35,807 nucleotides of DNA from Gammaproteobacteria bacterium (GTDB lineage: Bacteria; Pseudomonadota; Gammaproteobacteria; Pseudomonadales; Azotimanducaceae). The number at the start of each line of letters is the position of its first letter. Within the stretch, counting starts at the first letter, position 1. The notes under the pieces were generated by a model. It ran no database searches. It worked only from the letters and a program-made list of their open reading frames with translations, and was not told the origin of the DNA. Location of the stretch: contig JAUIKX010000001.1 of the NCBI GenBank assembly GCA_030430515.1, positions 1 through 35,807 of the forward strand, written 5' to 3'. Shown here in pieces: positions 33,997 through 35,807 of the stretch. The position numbers and the translations under genes were made by a program.

Positions 33997-34250
33997 AGGC
34001 CCATCCATGGGCCTCGGACTTCGTCTGAAGCCTGCGGCTTCACCCTCAATCGGCAATCCTGCCGATTGATCGATACATCCGCTCGCGCACGCGCGAACGG
34101 ACCCCGCTTCGCGGGTTCGAGCCCTCAGGCTGCAAAATATTGAGCTAGGCAAGTAGGGTCCAGGACTGGACCAAATAGAAAATGGCGCCCTTTCGCACAT
34201 TGCGCTTCACGCAATATGCTGTCGGGGCCATATTCCGCGTTGCGGAATAT
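33997..34250. repeat. cluster of eight short perfect palindromes / hairpins in one intergenic spacer
   Basis: Read directly. 33997..34014 AGGCCCAT-CC-ATGGGCCT. 34026..34042 TGAAGCC-TGC-GGCTTCA. 34047..34068 CAATCGGCA-ATCC-TGCCGATTG. 34083..34096 TCGCGC-AC-GCGCGA. 34103..34115 CCCGC-TTC-GCGGG. 34157..34172 GGTCCAG-GA-CTGGACC. 34200..34214 TTGCG-CTTCA-CGCAA. 34230..34250 ATATTCCGC-GTT-GCGGAATAT. Confidence 0.6.
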
Positions 34251-34326
34251 GGCGGAGCGGACGGGACTCGAACCCGCGACCCCCGGCGTGACAGGCCGGT
34301 ATTCTAACCAGCTGAACTACCGCTCC
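34250..34326 (-). tRNA. tRNA-Asp (anticodon GTC), CCA encoded
   Basis: The reverse complement is GGAGCGGTAGTTCAGCTGGTTAGAATACCGGCCTGTCACGCCGGGGGTCGCGGGTTCGAGTCCCGTCCGCTCCGCCA. It folds as a cloverleaf with anticodon loop CTGTCAC and is near-identical in pattern to enterobacterial tRNA-Asp. Confidence 0.97.
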
Positions 34327-34360
34327 GTTGCGTTTCACCCGGGACGATTCCCGCATGAAT

Positions 34361-34436
34361 TGGTGGGCGCTGCAGGGGTCGAACCTGCGACCTACGGCTT
34401 GTAAGGCCGTCGCTCTCCCAACTGAGCTAAGCGCCC
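34361..34436 (-). tRNA. tRNA-Val (anticodon TAC), CCA encoded
   Basis: The reverse complement is GGGCGCTTAGCTCAGTTGGGAGAGCGACGGCCTTACAAGCCGTAGGTCGCAGGTTCGACCCCTGCAGCGCCCACCA, with anticodon loop CTTACAA. Confidence 0.97.
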
Positions 34437-34465
34437 GATCGATCAGCTAGATCGGAAGGTCGCGT

Positions 34466-34493
34466 ATGTTACCGCCTGACCGTGGTGTGTCAA
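34466..34493 (-). promoter_or_regulatory. sigma-70-type promoter of the tRNA-Val/tRNA-Asp operon
   Basis: The minus strand reads TTGACA-N16-TAACAT followed by a GC-rich discriminator (ACGCGACC). The -10 element ends 29 nt before the tRNA-Val 5' end. Confidence 0.55.
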
Positions 34494-34543
34494 CGGATCA
34501 TTGCAACGAAATCGCAACTTCAGCAGGAAATCGCCCCGGGGGT

Positions 34544-35314
34544 TCAGGCCTGACGGTCGATCTTGAAGAAGCGCCGCGTCCACACCGATTGAAACAGCGG
34601 GTCCAGCCAGCGGTAAAGCCGCCCCGAAACATATACCGATTTGCCCTTTTCCAGCGCCTTCAGGCCTTCGCGAACCACCGTCTCGGCCGGATACCAGATG
34701 AATCCAGGTGTGCCATTTTTCATCTCCATGAGCCCGCCTACCTCATGGAATTCAGTGTGGGTGAAACCTGGACAAAGCGCCGTGGTGTAGACGTTATCTT
34801 TCCGGAGTGTGGCGTTGAGCCCCTCGGAGAGCGCGATGAGATAGGCCTTGGACGGTCCATAGTTAATGTCACCGCCTCGAATGATACGCCCCGCCACCGA
34901 CGCTACATTGATGATGCGGCCGAATTCCCGCTCCAGCATGCCAGGCACGAACGCATGGCACAGCGCAGCACAGGACGTCATCATCAGCTCGAAATAGTGC
35001 CGATGCGCCTGCCAGTCGCGGTCCTCGAGAAAGTCCGGCCCCGAGGCGCCGGCGTTATTGATCAGGTAATCGACCTTCAATCCGAGTTCGGCCACTTCAT
35101 CGACCAGATTCCCAGGGGCATCGGGATCGGACAGATCCGCTTCAATCACGTGGGCGCTGACGCCGTACTCCCCCGAAAGGGTCATGGCCAGAGCATCCAG
35201 ACGATCCCGGCGTCGAGCCACCAGAATCAGGTGGCATCCTCGAGCGGCCAGCTGCCAGGCGAACTCAGCGCCAAGGCCCGCCGAGGCACCGGTAATGAGA
35301 GCTGTTCTGCGCAT
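34544..35314 (-). CDS. SDR family oxidoreductase
   Basis: 256 aa. Motifs TGASAGLG, NNAGA and YGPSK. GAGGA lies upstream, and the gene starts 6 nt after the stop of the upstream cupin gene. Confidence 0.9.
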   Translation of the reverse strand: MRRTALITGASAGLGAEFAWQLAARGCHLILVARRRDRLDALAMTLSGEYGVSAHVIEADLSDPDAPGNLVDEVAELGLKVDYLINNAGASGPDFLEDRDWQAHRHYFELMMTSCAALCHAFVPGMLEREFGRIINVASVAGRIIRGGDINYGPSKAYLIALSEGLNATLRKDNVYTTALCPGFTHTEFHEVGGLMEMKNGTPGFIWYPAETVVREGLKALEKGKSVYVSGRLYRWLDPLFQSVWTRRFFKIDRQA

Positions 35315-35320
35315 AGGTCC

Positions 35321-35807
35321 TCAAGCCTGGGGTTTCGGGCGAGTCTTCGTAAAAATGATGCTGGGTTCAAGCGTCTGTAGTCGGAATGGACAACCCGGCG
35401 GCACCCGGAGCCAGCTCCGGGGCGCGAAGGCTTGGTTGCGCTCGGTCTGCCAGGCAACCTGGCCGGAAAGCACAAATCCTTCCCGGGCCTGACAGGCAGC
35501 TGACAGTGCGACGCGCTGCCCCGCCGCTGCACGTATCAGAGAAACCTGCTCACCACCGTAACTGTACAGCTGATCCACCTCAAAGCCGTCGGCCGGCGTT
35601 GAGTCGTTCAGATGAGCCACGAGCGGAGTGAGATCGTCTGGATCGAACTGGCGCAGCTTGACGAAGATCACGCACCCTTCCCGGCTGAAGGGCGTATGGC
35701 GGGTGCCCGGCGGGTTGCGAACGTAGGTGCCGGCCGGAAAGTCACCGTGCTCATCGGAGAAGACGCCGTCGAGCACGAAAAACTCTTCGCCGCCGCCATG
35801 CTCATGC
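35321..35807 (-). CDS. cupin-domain protein (ChrR-like bicupin C-terminal part), 5' end outside the window
   Basis: The frame is open to the right edge (..HEHGGGEEFFVLDGVFSDEHGDFPAGTYVRNPPGTRHTPFS..). Cupin motif 1 is HxH...E...G and motif 2 is PPGTRH. The GTG at 35776 used by the ORF track is internal. Confidence 0.8.
   Translation of the reverse strand, partial: HEHGGGEEFFVLDGVFSDEHGDFPAGTYVRNPPGTRHTPFSREGCVIFVKLRQFDPDDLTPLVAHLNDSTPADGFEVDQLYSYGGEQVSLIRAAAGQRVALSAACQAREGFVLSGQVAWQTERNQAFAPRSWLRVPPGCPFRLQTLEPSIIFTKTRPKPQA

Noticed and set aside
34111-34124. tRNA T-arm-like string GCGGGTTCGAGCCC on the plus strand near the tRNA genes. It could be the relic of an integration site.
   Set aside because: The flanks do not complete a 5-bp T-stem or any acceptor or anticodon arm. 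The orientation is opposite to the real tRNAs. No integrase, direct repeat of a tRNA 3' end or other mobile-element gene is present.
33976-34200. 74-aa minus-strand ORF inside the tRNA/secreted-protein spacer.
   Set aside because: It has no RBS and a low-complexity Ser/Pro/Arg/Gly-rich translation. It is built largely from the palindromes themselves, so it is more likely non-coding.
1-35807. CRISPR arrays, IS elements, integrases, prophage genes, toxin-antitoxin pairs and known defence-system genes.
   Set aside because: I scanned the ORF translations and intergenic regions. I found no regularly spaced direct repeats, no transposase, integrase or recombinase motifs, and no nuclease, ATPase or helicase combinations typical of defence islands.

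Overview
GC-rich (roughly 60% by eye) bacterial chromosomal segment with proteobacterial gene content: RND efflux pump, NhaC antiporter, sigma-54/NtrC-type signals and a tRNA-Val/tRNA-Asp pair. About 31 protein genes are packed into short operons. Five junctions use 4-nt ATGA stop/start overlaps. The content is mostly accessory redox and catabolic metabolism. It includes two luciferase-like (LLM) oxidoreductases, an amidohydrolase, a nitroreductase, four SDRs, an MDR reductase, a Baeyer-Villiger monooxygenase, two acyl-CoA-dehydrogenase-fold proteins, a cytoplasmic molybdopterin enzyme, a TPP enzyme, and a Tat-exported ALO-type flavoenzyme with its own cytochrome c. It also carries an SSF symporter, an RND pump without an outer-membrane factor, a minimal Hanks-type Ser/Thr kinase next to a type II glutamine synthetase, a LuxR regulator fused to an apparently dead alpha/beta-hydrolase domain, an SPFH protein and a 632-aa secreted repeat protein. 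I saw no transposase, integrase, CRISPR array, rRNA or recognisable defence gene. The items most worth follow-up are listed here. (1) A translationally coupled SnoaL_4 / molybdopterin oxidoreductase / short ACAD-like triad lies 16 nt behind the RND pump. (2) The LuxR / pseudo-hydrolase fusion has a non-ATG start. (3) The secreted three-repeat protein sits next to a palindrome-dense spacer beside the tRNA pair. (4) The glnII upstream region has an unusual promoter/enhancer geometry. (5) A peptidase-like gene carries an in-frame TAA. (6) A CPXCG zinc-ribbon gene is invisible to the ORF track and appears to start at CTG. All family assignments come from reading motifs in the translations. No database search was run.
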